From: Rickettsiales bacterium | Lineage (GTDB): Bacteria > Pseudomonadota > Alphaproteobacteria > Rickettsiales > CANDYO01 | Reading direction: 5' to 3' | NCBI GenBank assembly: GCA_049653745.1 | Contig: JBASGW010000031.1 | Location: 38,048 to 102,047, forward strand | Length of the DNA stretch: 64,000 nt | Shown: positions 49,550 through 59,092 of the stretch, one piece after another | Numbering within the stretch: the stretch's first letter is position 1 | Layout of the letters: each line of letters opens with the position of its first letter | Notes under the pieces: model-generated | Told to the model about the DNA's origin: nothing | Database searches by the model: none | The model's input: the letters and a program-made list of their open reading frames with translations, nothing else | Position numbers and translations under genes: made by a program

Positions 49550-50401
49550 ATGATTGTAACAGTAGCAGAAGAAAATAAATTATTTAGAGATTTATTAAGC
49601 CCAGATATTTCTAGCCAAGAAAAAATAGTAGCTTGGCAAGTTATGTTAGATAAAGGAATGAAGAGCACCAGAACTAATGTAGAAGGTGATTCAGTTTTAG
49701 CTATTGCTGCATATATGGGTGATACAGAGCTTCTAAAATATGCTTTGGATATAGTTAAAGTAGATCCAAATATTCAGAATAAAGAAGGGCAAACACCCCT
49801 GATGCTTGCAGCAAAAGAAGGAAACTTAGCTGAAATAAATCTTTTAATAGAAAGGCAAGCTGATACGACCATGGTTGATAGACAAGGAGATAATGCTTTG
49901 GATTATGTACAAAGGCATTTGAGCCACGAGCCCAATTATATAAGTTGTTACGATGCTGTTGAAAAGGGGCAGGATGCTTTTGTTGAAAATTTAAAAGAAC
50001 AAGAAAAAGCAGCCATAGCTTTAAAAGAGCTTACCCAGAATCTTAATCTTGGAAGTAACAATATAATTGCCCCCGCAGCTGTGAATGAAACTTATTTAAA
50101 TACAACAATGCCCTCAAATTCTACTACCCCTAGGATTGAGTCACCAGCAGAGAGTAATCCTTACTTAAATTATGGCGCTGTGGGATTGGTGGCCGCTACA
50201 GCAGCATTAGGGGTGGCAAAGATACTGAGTAGAGTTTTTAAACCTACAGAATCTAAAGAAGATAAAAAAACGCAAGAAAAGAAAGAACGTGATAATTTAA
50301 TAGATGAGCTTGAATCGCCTGCATTAAACACTAGGCAGGGAGCAACTCCAGAAAAAATAAAAGGTGTAGCTTCGAGGTTAAGAGCAAGGGGAACCAAATA
50401 A
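49550..50401 (+). CDS. Ankyrin-repeat protein with C-terminal hydrophobic segment
   Basis: ANK repeats (GDSVLAIAAYMGDTELLKYAL; EGQTPLMLAAKEGNLAEINLLIERQAD; QGDNALDYV). A hydrophobic stretch YGAVGLVAATAALGVAKIL lies near the C-terminus, followed by a K/E-rich tail. The start is placed at the ATG at 49550, preceded by GGAGGA; the track starts at the GTG at 49520. Confidence 0.75.
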   Translation: MIVTVAEENKLFRDLLSPDISSQEKIVAWQVMLDKGMKSTRTNVEGDSVLAIAAYMGDTELLKYALDIVKVDPNIQNKEGQTPLMLAAKEGNLAEINLLIERQADTTMVDRQGDNALDYVQRHLSHEPNYISCYDAVEKGQDAFVENLKEQEKAAIALKELTQNLNLGSNNIIAPAAVNETYLNTTMPSNSTTPRIESPAESNPYLNYGAVGLVAATAALGVAKILSRVFKPTESKEDKKTQEKKERDNLIDELESPALNTRQGATPEKIKGVASRLRARGTK

Positions 50402-50446
50402 CCTCTTTTCATCAGATTTAAATTAAAGAGCGGTTTATATACCATC

Positions 50447-51094
50447 TTATAGACTTAACCAAAGCATAAATAAAGGAGTGCTTAGAAAAGTTATCATTAG
50501 CTTAAAACGATAACTATTAAATATTAAAGACCATTTTTGTTCATTAGGAAGCGCTCCAAATAAGGCCATAACACTAATAACCAAAGTAGTATCAATTAAT
50601 AAAGCTATAGAAGTGATAATGTTATTTCTTAACCATAAATACTTGTCTTTGGTAAGTTTTTTTATAGTTATATAAATAATGATATCTATATTCTGAGAAA
50701 AATAACAAGCAAATGCTGAAGCTAGAAAAGCAGCGCCATACATTCCAAATACTTGATGAAATAACACATTATCAAGTTTAGACCAAGAAGTTGCAGGCAA
50801 ATAATCCATAAAAGCGATAGTTAAAGCTGCAAATATGTTAAGAGATAATCCTAACTTAACACAAAAACTAGCCTTATCCTTGCCAAAGATTTCAGTAATT
50901 AAATCGGCTATCAAAAAAGTAAAAGGATAAAAAAGCGCTCCTGAAGATAATTCGAAATTTAAAAACAATAAATTTAAAGAAACAAATTTTTGATAAGTTA
51001 AATTGCCAATAATTATTAATGAAGCAAAACAAGCACATAATATTACATAGATTTGTACTTCTTTTTGTACTTTGTATTCTGGCTTTGATTCCAT
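50447..51094 (-). CDS. Queuosine-precursor transporter (YhhQ/DUF165 family)
   Basis: 215-aa polytopic membrane protein. YPFTFLIADLITEIFGK matches the YhhQ family motif. Confidence 0.65.
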   Translation of the reverse strand: MESKPEYKVQKEVQIYVILCACFASLIIIGNLTYQKFVSLNLLFLNFELSSGALFYPFTFLIADLITEIFGKDKASFCVKLGLSLNIFAALTIAFMDYLPATSWSKLDNVLFHQVFGMYGAAFLASAFACYFSQNIDIIIYITIKKLTKDKYLWLRNNIITSIALLIDTTLVISVMALFGALPNEQKWSLIFNSYRFKLMITFLSTPLFMLWLSL

Positions 51095-51164
51095 AATAAA
51101 TTGATTGAATCAATTAATGGATACTTTATAGTGCTTGTATGAGAGAGGTTTATAATAAAATGCA

Positions 51165-51902
51165 ATGCCAAGATATAAAATAACTATAGAATATGATGGA
51201 ACTAAGCTAGCTGGTTGGCAATATCAGAATAATGGGCTTTCAGTGCAGCAATGTTTAGAAGAAGCTATTGAGAAATTTTCTAAAGAAAAAGTAAAAGTAC
51301 ATGGATCAGGAAGAACAGATGCTGGAGTGCATGCTTTAGCGCAAATAGCACATTTTGATTTAGATAAAGATTTTTGTGAGCATGTTATTTTAAGGGCCAT
51401 AAACCATTTTTTAAAACCCAATAAAGTAATGTTAACTGCTTGTGAAATTGTTGATAATCAATTCCATGCAAGATTTTCTGCTAAAAGACGTAATTATCAA
51501 TATGTGATACTAAATAGACGTTATCCAAGTGTATTAGATATAAACAGGGTTTGGCATGTTAAAGATGAGCTTGATTTAACAAAAATGCAGAAATCTGCTG
51601 CTTTACTTATTGGTCAGCATGATTTTAGTAGTTTTAGGGCTGTGCAGTGCCAAGCATTGTCGCCAATAAGGACTATTGAAGAAATTAATATTCAGAAAAT
51701 AGGTGAAAAATTTATTTTTAATCTCAGAGCTCCATCTTTTCTTCACCATATGGTGCGTAATATAGTGGGCACTTTAGTATTAGTTGGTAAAGGCAAGTGG
51801 GAAGTTGAAGATGTGGCAAAGGCCTTGGCCGCTAAGGACAGAAAGGCTTCTGGCCCTACGGCTCCTGCTTGTGGACTATATTTTGAAAAGGTGGAATATT
51901 AA
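51165..51902 (+). CDS. truA: tRNA pseudouridine38-40 synthase
   Basis: [10 protein letters not shown]...GWQ, catalytic [11 protein letters not shown], and [11 protein letters not shown]. Confidence 0.92.
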   Translation: MPRYKITIEYDGTKLAGWQYQNNGLSVQQCLEEAIEKFSKEKVKVHGSGRTDAGVHALAQIAHFDLDKDFCEHVILRAINHFLKPNKVMLTACEIVDNQFHARFSAKRRNYQYVILNRRYPSVLDINRVWHVKDELDLTKMQKSAALLIGQHDFSSFRAVQCQALSPIRTIEEINIQKIGEKFIFNLRAPSFLHHMVRNIVGTLVLVGKGKWEVEDVAKALAAKDRKASGPTAPACGLYFEKVEY

Positions 51903-52215
51903 AGGCTTCATGGCTTTTATTTATTTTGTTTATTAAGTTAGAGCAGTCTTTAAGCAATGCAGGGAATGCAAGAGGTGAGGTATTAACTCTAGCCAATAAA
52001 ATTAATTTGATAGGAGGAGTGTTTGGTTTAATATGAACCCTAAGTAATTCCCGTAGCCTGCGCTTTGAACGATTGCGCTTAACAGCATTGCCAATTTTTT
52101 TACTAGCAATGATGGTTGTTGAAGATTCTTGTGAAAATAAAAAAAAGGCAATAAAACTGTTTGAAACAAATTTATTGCCTTTATCAAAAATTTCTTTTAG
52201 GTCTAAACTAGCCAC
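51856..52215 (-). CDS. rnpA: Ribonuclease P protein component
   Basis: The basic RNR-type motif [15 protein letters not shown] and the position immediately downstream of rpmH. GTG start. The 3' end overlaps the truA 3' end by 47 nt. Confidence 0.8.
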   Translation of the reverse strand: MASLDLKEIFDKGNKFVSNSFIAFFLFSQESSTTIIASKKIGNAVKRNRSKRRLRELLRVHIKPNTPPIKLILLARVNTSPLAFPALLKDCSNLINKINKSHEAFNIPPFQNIVHKQEP

Positions 52216-52222
52216 TATTTAG

Positions 52223-52360
52223 CTAGCTAACGCAAAGACGCTTGCGACCTTTTTTCCTACGGTTGTTTAGCACTTTTCTTCCACCAACTGTGGCCATTCT
52301 AGCGCGGAAACCGTGGCGATTCTTCTTTACTCTAACACTAGGTTGATACGTACGCTTCAC
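52223..52360 (-). CDS. rpmH: 50S ribosomal protein L34
   Basis: Not in the ORF track because it is under 60 aa. My manual translation is (GTG)[45 protein letters not shown], with an AAGGAA RBS 6 nt upstream. It sits in the canonical rpmH-rnpA arrangement. Confidence 0.92.
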   Translation of the reverse strand: MKRTYQPSVRVKKNRHGFRARMATVGGRKVLNNRRKKGRKRLCVS

Positions 52361-52433
52361 TTTACATTCCTTTAATTATGAACTACAATTGGATACAATC
52401 TAATAATTCTTACACAATAAGTCAACTGTAAAT

Positions 52434-53369
52434 ATGAGACAATTAAAATTAATTGCTATTTTGTTATTTTACCCGTGCTATTTGATGGGTTTAAATACTG
52501 TTGATAATTTAACAGATCTTGATGTTTTTTCTAAAATCACCGATGCTTTTGCACATGCTTGGAATTATAAAGTAATTACTTTAGATAATCAAATAATTAC
52601 TTTGGCTAACATTGTAATAGCTATAGTTTCTTTGGTTCTTGGTCTTAGAGTAGCAAGATATTCTAGTGCTATTTTTAAAAGAAGATTGTTTAATTTAATA
52701 GATTTAGATAAGAATTCTAGAAATATTGTTGGTAGGGTAATAGATTATTTATTTTTAATAATAATTATAATAATAGTTTTAGATATTGCAGGAGTTCCTC
52801 TAAATATTTTTGCCTTCATAGGGGGGGCTGTTGTTATTAGTGTGGGTTTATCAGCTCAACATTTATTTAATAATTTTATTAGTGGAATTGTTTTAATAAT
52901 AGAAAGTAAAGTTAAGGTGGGTGATATAATAGAGTTTGATAATGTAATTGCTAAAGTGGAAAGCATTGAAGCAAGAATGGTGCAATTGAGAACTCAAACT
53001 AATATAGACATATTTATACCTCATAGTAAGCTGATGCAAGAGAGATTTACTAACTGGACTAATAATGGCGGTAGAGTTCGCTTAAGTACAGAATTTAAAA
53101 TTGATAGTAAAGATAAGGTTAATTTTAAATTAGAAGATATTCTTTTAAATGCAATATTACAAAATAGACATATTTTGATAACTCCTAAGCCTCAAATTAT
53201 TTTGTTAGATTTTGATAATAATCTTCTTCATTATGAATTAAATTTTTGGGTAAATTTATATGAAGTGGATCGTAGGTTGATACTTAGTGAAATTAATAAT
53301 CAAATATTTAATACTCTGGCAGCACATCACATTTCTTTGGCTATTCCTAGCATTCGGCATATTAAATAA
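52434..53369 (+). CDS. Mechanosensitive ion channel (MscS family)
   Basis: N-terminal TM helices precede the conserved pore helix and beta-domain region (GGAVVISVGLSAQHLFNNFISGIVLIIESKVKVGDIIEF). Confidence 0.75.
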   Translation: MRQLKLIAILLFYPCYLMGLNTVDNLTDLDVFSKITDAFAHAWNYKVITLDNQIITLANIVIAIVSLVLGLRVARYSSAIFKRRLFNLIDLDKNSRNIVGRVIDYLFLIIIIIIVLDIAGVPLNIFAFIGGAVVISVGLSAQHLFNNFISGIVLIIESKVKVGDIIEFDNVIAKVESIEARMVQLRTQTNIDIFIPHSKLMQERFTNWTNNGGRVRLSTEFKIDSKDKVNFKLEDILLNAILQNRHILITPKPQIILLDFDNNLLHYELNFWVNLYEVDRRLILSEINNQIFNTLAAHHISLAIPSIRHIK

Positions 53370-53470
53370 TATCTTGAAATTTATAATCTAGAACTTTATA
53401 CTTTTTCTTAGCTTAAAGACTAGGCAGATCTGAAACACTTTTAATTTTTTACAAAGGAGAAAATAAAATC

Positions 53471-53908
53471 ATGAGTGAAGAAAATAAAATATGCGTTACT
53501 TCAACCCACAGTTACACTTCGGAGTTTAAACCAATATGTAAAGTTGATATTACAAAAGCACTAACTGGTTTATTTACAATGCAAAGCCATAAGGGGCATG
53601 TTATTCGTGCATATTGTACAGATGAAGATATTTGTAAGCAGTTTAAGCAAGCGGTGTCATTAGCTAAAATAACAATAGTGAGTAGTTTAAATAATATCCC
53701 TATGCCAGAAGCAGCGGCAGCGGAAGAAGCTAGAGTAGCTGAAGAAGCTAGAGTAGCCGAGGAAGCAAGAGTAGCTGAAGAAGTTATCTCTTCAACTGGA
53801 GAAAGTTTGGATTCTGGTTGTACAGATCTTCCTTTAGAAGGTGTATGCTTAGAAGGATTTGATCTTAATTTAGCTGGAGATTGTTGCGTAGCCGTAACTG
53901 CTGGCTAA
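53471..53908 (+). CDS. Small hypothetical protein with (EEARVA)x3 repeat and Cys-containing ends
   Basis: 145-aa ORF with a strong RBS (AAAGGAGAAAA). The central AAAAEEARVAEEARVAEEARVAEE separates two halves with eight Cys in total. I recognise no family. Confidence 0.5.
   Translation: MSEENKICVTSTHSYTSEFKPICKVDITKALTGLFTMQSHKGHVIRAYCTDEDICKQFKQAVSLAKITIVSSLNNIPMPEAAAAEEARVAEEARVAEEARVAEEVISSTGESLDSGCTDLPLEGVCLEGFDLNLAGDCCVAVTAG
53723..53776 (+). repeat. 18-bp tandem repeat x3 (GAAGAAGCTAGAGTAGCT, third unit degenerate)
   Basis: Read directly from the sequence; encodes EEARVA x3. Confidence 0.85.
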
Positions 53909-53923
53909 AAATAATTAACTTTG

Positions 53924-53953
53924 CTAGGAAAGTATAAATCTTTATTTTCCTAG
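53924..53953. terminator. Possible bidirectional hairpin between convergent genes
   Basis: 8-bp stem CTAGGAAA / TTTCCTAG with a 14-nt loop. The right arm lies inside the last codons of ccmG. The loop is large and the stem AT-rich, so support is weak. Confidence 0.25.
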
Positions 53954-54451
53954 TATTTTAGGAATAATATTCTTTTCCACCTCTTCTTTGAATAAAATAC
54001 CCAAATAACGAGCAATAACTATTCCATCAGGATTAATTATTATGGTTTCTGGAATCATTTTATTTTTCAATAATGTTGATATTTTATTATCAAAATCAAA
54101 AACAACATAGTCATAAGGAGTTGCTTTAATATTAAAATTGAATAATTTAGAGATCTTATCTTTTACAACTACTCCAATTATTGGTGTGTTAGTCTCTTCT
54201 TTTATATGATTAAGCAAGGTGTAATCTTCTTTGCATGCAGAGCACCAAGAAGAAAATATATGAAGGATATAAAATTTGCCCTTGAAATCGGTTAAGTCTA
54301 AAGGGCTTTGATTAAGTTGCTTTAATTTTAATTGAGATAATTCATAGATATAAGCTTTTGGTTGCTTATTTTTATCCAAACTTAAGTATAAAACTATAAT
54401 AATAGCTGCTGTAATAAAAATAGGAATATAATTAACTAGAGGGCGACGCAT
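53942..54451 (-). CDS. ccmG: Thiol:disulfide interchange protein for cytochrome c maturation (CcmG/DsbE)
   Basis: N-terminal TM anchor, a thioredoxin fold with WCSAC (CxxC), and an overlap with the end of ccmF. Confidence 0.75.
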   Translation of the reverse strand: MRRPLVNYIPIFITAAIIIVLYLSLDKNKQPKAYIYELSQLKLKQLNQSPLDLTDFKGKFYILHIFSSWCSACKEDYTLLNHIKEETNTPIIGVVVKDKISKLFNFNIKATPYDYVVFDFDNKISTLLKNKMIPETIIINPDGIVIARYLGILFKEEVEKNIIPKILGK

Positions 54452-56339
54452 AAATCTCTTTCTTTTGTTTTATTAATAACAATATACCGCAACTAAATAA
54501 TATTCCAAATATTAACCATAGCCAACTAATTAATGGTTTATAATATAATTTAATACTAACATCCCCATTTTCAGTAATTTCGCTAATTACAGCGTATAAG
54601 TCATAATAAATATTATGATAGATTGAAGATTCAGAAGTTTGCTTTTTTTCTACAGGATAATAGCGTATTTGTGGCGTAAGGGTGGCTACTTCATTATTAT
54701 TTTTAGTTATATTTAAAACTACACTTCCTGCTAAATAGTTTAATGTGGCTTGGTTTTCTTTTTTTATATAATTAATATTAAAGTCAATAAATTGAATTTT
54801 ATCACCCTCATGCATATTTACTAATAATTCTTGAGAATTTGTTTCGGTAAAAGCAATATTCATAGCAAATAATCCCACAGTTAAATGTGATAACCATATT
54901 AAATAAAACTTAAAAGAAAGGGGGGAGGCCATTCTTTGGATAAACCAGAAAGTCATTCTTATTGCCACTAAGCATCCCAAAGAAAAAGCTCCAGTTACTA
55001 TTAAGCTAGGAGTTTTAGAAGAAAAAAAATAAAAAATTATAGAAAGAGACGAGCTTATAATAAATGAATAAGTAAAATGTTTATAATGAACTGGCAAAAT
55101 ATTTTTCCAGGTTGCCGGTAGCGTTAAGGCTAGGAGCAATAATATAGGAAATAAAACGGGTATAAAAGTAGTTTCAAAAAACTCTCTTGCAACACTAATT
55201 TGGTCACCTCTATATAGTTCTGTAAGTAAAGGATATAATAAAGATAATAATATAAGAGAGGTAGCAATTACCCAGAAAATATTTGCAATATTAATGCCAC
55301 CAAAGCGAGATAACCAATTAGTTTCTTTGTTTGATTGAAAATGATGTATCTTGAAAGCAAAAATTCCTAATGAAATTAAAGCATACCCGGACAATAGCTT
55401 TAAAATAAAAATTCCTCTATTTGGATCATTAGCAAAAGAGTGAACAGAAGTGATCACTCCTGATCGAACTAAGAATGTTGCTAAGATTGAAAGTAAGAAG
55501 GTAAATAATGCAAGTAATATGGTCCATTTATAGTTAGTGTTTAGTTTTTTTGTAACATAAATTGAATGAATTAAAGCAGTTGAAGTGAGCCAAGGTAAGA
55601 GGGAAGCATTTTCTACTGGATCCCAAAACCAATAGCCACCCCAGCCAAGTTCTCTATAGGCCCACCAGCTTCCTAAACCAACGCCTAAGCTCAAAAAACT
55701 CCAAGAAAGGAGAGACCATTTATGCATTATATTTAGTAAATTAGAAGATAATTGATGCTTCATTAAAGCAGCAATAGAAATTGCAAAAGCTATTAGAGTG
55801 GTTATATAGCCAAGATATAATATAGGTGGATGAATTGCTAAGCCTATATCTTGAAGAAGAGGATTAAAGCCGTTTCCTTGTTCAGGAACGGGATATATTT
55901 TTATAAAAGGATTTGATTTTAAAATTGTATAAGAAAGTAAAGAGCTGGTAATTATAATCTGAACTGTATAAATCCATATTTTTTCGCTAGATGAAATTTT
56001 ATGATTGGTAAAAATATAATTCACTAATGATAATAAAAATACCCATAAAAGCATTGAGCCTTCATGATTGCTCCATACGCCAGAAATTTTGAATATTAAA
56101 GGTATTGCTATATGAGAATTACGTGCAACATTATAAAGAGAGAAATCTGAAGAGATATAAGCATAGCTTAAAGAAATAAAAGCAAAGCTGATAAAAATGC
56201 ATTGGAATAAAATAATATTTTCAAGAATTCTGGTGAAGCTATGCTTATTAAGCCTATTTAACCAAATAAATCCCAATGGAATCAAAAATGCAATTAAGAT
56301 AGATAGTATAAGGCCTAGTTGTGCTAAATTAGCGTGCAT
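54432..56339 (-). CDS. ccmF: Cytochrome c-type biogenesis protein CcmF (heme lyase component)
   Basis: 635-aa polytopic membrane protein with a W-rich heme-handling motif (WWAYRELGWGGYWFWDPVENASLLPW). Confidence 0.9.
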   Translation of the reverse strand: MHANLAQLGLILSILIAFLIPLGFIWLNRLNKHSFTRILENIILFQCIFISFAFISLSYAYISSDFSLYNVARNSHIAIPLIFKISGVWSNHEGSMLLWVFLLSLVNYIFTNHKISSSEKIWIYTVQIIITSSLLSYTILKSNPFIKIYPVPEQGNGFNPLLQDIGLAIHPPILYLGYITTLIAFAISIAALMKHQLSSNLLNIMHKWSLLSWSFLSLGVGLGSWWAYRELGWGGYWFWDPVENASLLPWLTSTALIHSIYVTKKLNTNYKWTILLALFTFLLSILATFLVRSGVITSVHSFANDPNRGIFILKLLSGYALISLGIFAFKIHHFQSNKETNWLSRFGGINIANIFWVIATSLILLSLLYPLLTELYRGDQISVAREFFETTFIPVLFPILLLLALTLPATWKNILPVHYKHFTYSFIISSSLSIIFYFFSSKTPSLIVTGAFSLGCLVAIRMTFWFIQRMASPLSFKFYLIWLSHLTVGLFAMNIAFTETNSQELLVNMHEGDKIQFIDFNINYIKKENQATLNYLAGSVVLNITKNNNEVATLTPQIRYYPVEKKQTSESSIYHNIYYDLYAVISEITENGDVSIKLYYKPLISWLWLIFGILFSCGILLLIKQKKEIYASPSS

Positions 56340-56661
56340 TAATGTTCTCTTTTTTAATATTTATTGTTTCTAAAAAATATTGAAATGCTGGAATAGAATT
56401 GGTTACTTCAAATTCGTGAATTTGATATTCTGCACAAAGATTTTTGTTGAAAGGATCTTTAGCAATAATCTTATATAATTTTTTTCTATTTTCAACTCTT
56501 GCCATTATAACTCCACCAAATCTTGGTATTTGTGGGCCAGAAGCTATGAAGATATTCTCTTGGTAATATTGCTCTAAGTACTTTAAATGCTCAGATCTAT
56601 ATTTATCTATTTCTTCAAGGGGTGCAATATATTTTAAAATAACTAAGAATAATTTGCTCAT
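56329..56661 (-). CDS. YciI-like protein
   Basis: 110 aa. The pattern (LF.V...Y......I...R..HL.YL......G....SGP......GG.I) is consistent with the YciI domain. Confidence 0.55.
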   Translation of the reverse strand: MSKLFLVILKYIAPLEEIDKYRSEHLKYLEQYYQENIFIASGPQIPRFGGVIMARVENRKKLYKIIAKDPFNKNLCAEYQIHEFEVTNSIPAFQYFLETINIKKENINAR

Positions 56662-56673
56662 AAAGTTTTTCTA

Positions 56674-57795
56674 TTAGTTTTTTTCTGAGATATAAATAGT
56701 TCCGCCAACAGTTGCTAATTTAGCTCCAGTTATTTGGGGTAAGCTTGTAGGTAAATTTTTTAAATTGCGTATTGCTAAATAAGCAAAAATTTCAGCTTCC
56801 ATATAATCACTATCCCAACCAATTTCACTAGCAGTTTTAATATCAGTTTCTCCAATTTTTTGCCTAAGTATTTCTTTTAAGTATTTTACAATAGTTGGAT
56901 TATTCCAGCCGCCACCAGCTAAAATCCATTTAGTAGGGATATCAATACTACTTAGGCTATCAACTATACATTTGCTAGTAAAATAAGCTAAGGTTGCACA
57001 GGCATCATAAATGGATAGATCATCTAATTCGGGTATTAATTCAAACGCCCCTGAATCTAAAGATTTAGGTGATTCTAAGTTTAAATATGGTTGTATTTTA
57101 GCAGTTAATATTTTTAGCACAGAGATATTTACTTCGCCTTTAAGCCCATATTTACCATTAAAATCCATAAATTCTGTATTATTAGTTTTTTTACGAATAT
57201 AGCTATCTAATAAAACATTCCCAGGCCCAGTATCAAAGCCTTGAACTTGATTGAGACCTTGAATAAGTGTGATATTAGCTATTCCGCCACAATTTACTAT
57301 AGCAACAGGAAAATAATTATCTTTAATTGCTAAAGCATGATGATATATGGGAGCAAGTGGTGCGCCCTGCCCGCCATGAGCTATATCTTTACTGCGGAAG
57401 TCATTTACTACATTAATTCCTGTAAGATTTGCTAATAATTGTCCGTTACCAATTTGAATAGTAATAGCTTCTTGAGGATTATGATATAAAGTTTGACCAT
57501 GGTAACCAATAACATCAACATCCGTTGATTTTAGGTTAGCTTGGCTAAGTAAATCATTAACTAATTGGGCGTGTAATTTAGTGGATTCTTGAATAACGTC
57601 TAAGGAAGTTATATTTTCTTTTGCTTGCCTAACTAATAATTCTTGTTCTCTTAAAGCTAATTTAAAGGATTTATCGTAATGTAGGGATAAAGAAGAGATG
57701 GGATTTATTAGAAACTCGCCATCACTTTCCAGCAAGGTGGCGTCAATTCCGTCCATTGAAGTTCCGCTCATCAAACCAATACTTTTCAAGAGCAT
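56674..57795 (-). CDS. anmK: Anhydro-N-acetylmuramic acid kinase
   Basis: GLMSGTSMDGIDA N-terminus, NIGGIAN-like NCGGIAN, DTGPGN and GGGWNN. Confidence 0.9.
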   Translation of the reverse strand: MLLKSIGLMSGTSMDGIDATLLESDGEFLINPISSLSLHYDKSFKLALREQELLVRQAKENITSLDVIQESTKLHAQLVNDLLSQANLKSTDVDVIGYHGQTLYHNPQEAITIQIGNGQLLANLTGINVVNDFRSKDIAHGGQGAPLAPIYHHALAIKDNYFPVAIVNCGGIANITLIQGLNQVQGFDTGPGNVLLDSYIRKKTNNTEFMDFNGKYGLKGEVNISVLKILTAKIQPYLNLESPKSLDSGAFELIPELDDLSIYDACATLAYFTSKCIVDSLSSIDIPTKWILAGGGWNNPTIVKYLKEILRQKIGETDIKTASEIGWDSDYMEAEIFAYLAIRNLKNLPTSLPQITGAKLATVGGTIYISEKN

Positions 57796-57824
57796 TTATT
57801 AACCCCTCTAATTAACATATCTAG

Positions 57825-59078
57825 TTAAGGAAGATTCCAGTAATAATATTTTTTAAAATTACTAGCACCTTCAGTCCAGCTACCGCAAAACATATCAGCT
57901 CCAACTATTCTGTAGTGATTTCTATTTTTAAGGTTATAGAAAATATTTTCATGCTGCGCACTAACTCTGGCCAGATCATTTTTTTGTCCTTTAATAATCT
58001 CGGGCTTGAGAATAAATTGATTTAGTAATGACTCTAAATTGCTATTTTTATCTTGAATAAATTCTTTAGAAATATTACTAAGATCGCAGGTTTCATTTTT
58101 ATATCTTATAAAGCTAACATTAAAAATCATCCATGGCGGCATAATTATATCATTATTTCCTTCAATATTATTCTTTTTAAAATAAGAAATTGAAATTAAA
58201 GGTGGGCCATTAAAGTATAGATTGTCAGAAATTTTACAAGGATATTTAATGTAATTAGGAGTGCTAGAATCAAGAATATTAAAATGATAATTTCTATAAC
58301 TTCTGGTCATAGCTTCGTTCAATATTGGGTGATTAGGTTTTGCTGCAAGAAAAGCATTTCCATAATAAGCGTTTTCAGACCAATGTTCACGGGCTCCAAT
58401 AAAATCAAAATTTTTCATCAAACTTAAAAGATAGCTTGGATCATAAATTTCATAATCCATATCACTATAAAGACCACCAAATTTCTGTAGTAAGATTAAA
58501 CGAAAAAGGTCCGAGGCTTGAGCTAGATATGCTTTTAGATCTGCTCCTTTGTCAATTAAATCTAATAATACAGGATACATAGGATGATCTTTTAATTCAG
58601 ACAGGTCTCGAAGCTTCACTCCTTTGATAGCTTTGATTTCATCGGTAATTAAATCATTTTGATTAACCCAAATATTATGCTCCCATTCATATCCTAAGTT
58701 ATTCAAATTAGTGTAATTAACCTTCATATTTTCTAGATAATAATCGCTCAAAGTAACGGTCTTTTTTGATGAAGCAAAAAAAATCTTATGAGTGATCGTG
58801 GGAATTTTAGAAGTTTTTTCAGAAGTGTTTTTAAGATTATCTAGTTTATCTAAAGACTCATTTATAGTTTTCTGATTCTGGGAGATGTAGTCAAGGCCCT
58901 CTTGAGCAAAAACATCATAAAAATCTATGTCAGAATTATAGCATTTTTTTAAAATATGGTATTTTACTAACTTAGAGTAATATTTCTGTTCAGAAAAATA
59001 CTTAAAAAAATTTTTATATTTTATAAAGAGTAAAGCAAGTAGTACACAAATTATAATTAGAATTATCTTTCTTTTCAC
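57825..59078 (-). CDS. Membrane-anchored DXD glycosyltransferase, GT32 / clostridial-toxin / Lgt-like (paralog 2)
   Basis: 417 aa with N-terminal anchor IILIIICVLLALLFI. IPTITHKIFF, HNIWVN, QASDLFRLILLQKFGGLYSDMDYEIYDP, AAKPNHPI and C-terminal VGADMFCGSW. Collinear with 21714-23033 and 59093-60406. Confidence 0.65.
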   Translation of the reverse strand: MKRKIILIIICVLLALLFIKYKNFFKYFSEQKYYSKLVKYHILKKCYNSDIDFYDVFAQEGLDYISQNQKTINESLDKLDNLKNTSEKTSKIPTITHKIFFASSKKTVTLSDYYLENMKVNYTNLNNLGYEWEHNIWVNQNDLITDEIKAIKGVKLRDLSELKDHPMYPVLLDLIDKGADLKAYLAQASDLFRLILLQKFGGLYSDMDYEIYDPSYLLSLMKNFDFIGAREHWSENAYYGNAFLAAKPNHPILNEAMTRSYRNYHFNILDSSTPNYIKYPCKISDNLYFNGPPLISISYFKKNNIEGNNDIIMPPWMIFNVSFIRYKNETCDLSNISKEFIQDKNSNLESLLNQFILKPEIIKGQKNDLARVSAQHENIFYNLKNRNHYRIVGADMFCGSWTEGASNFKKYYYWNLP

Positions 59079-59092
59079 TCTAGCTCTCTAAC

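Noticed and set aside
49237-53785. Short tandem repeats considered as a CRISPR array or non-coding satellite
   Set aside because: The units are 15 and 18 bp, directly abutting without spacers, in frame and inside ORFs. They are coding amino-acid repeats, not CRISPR.
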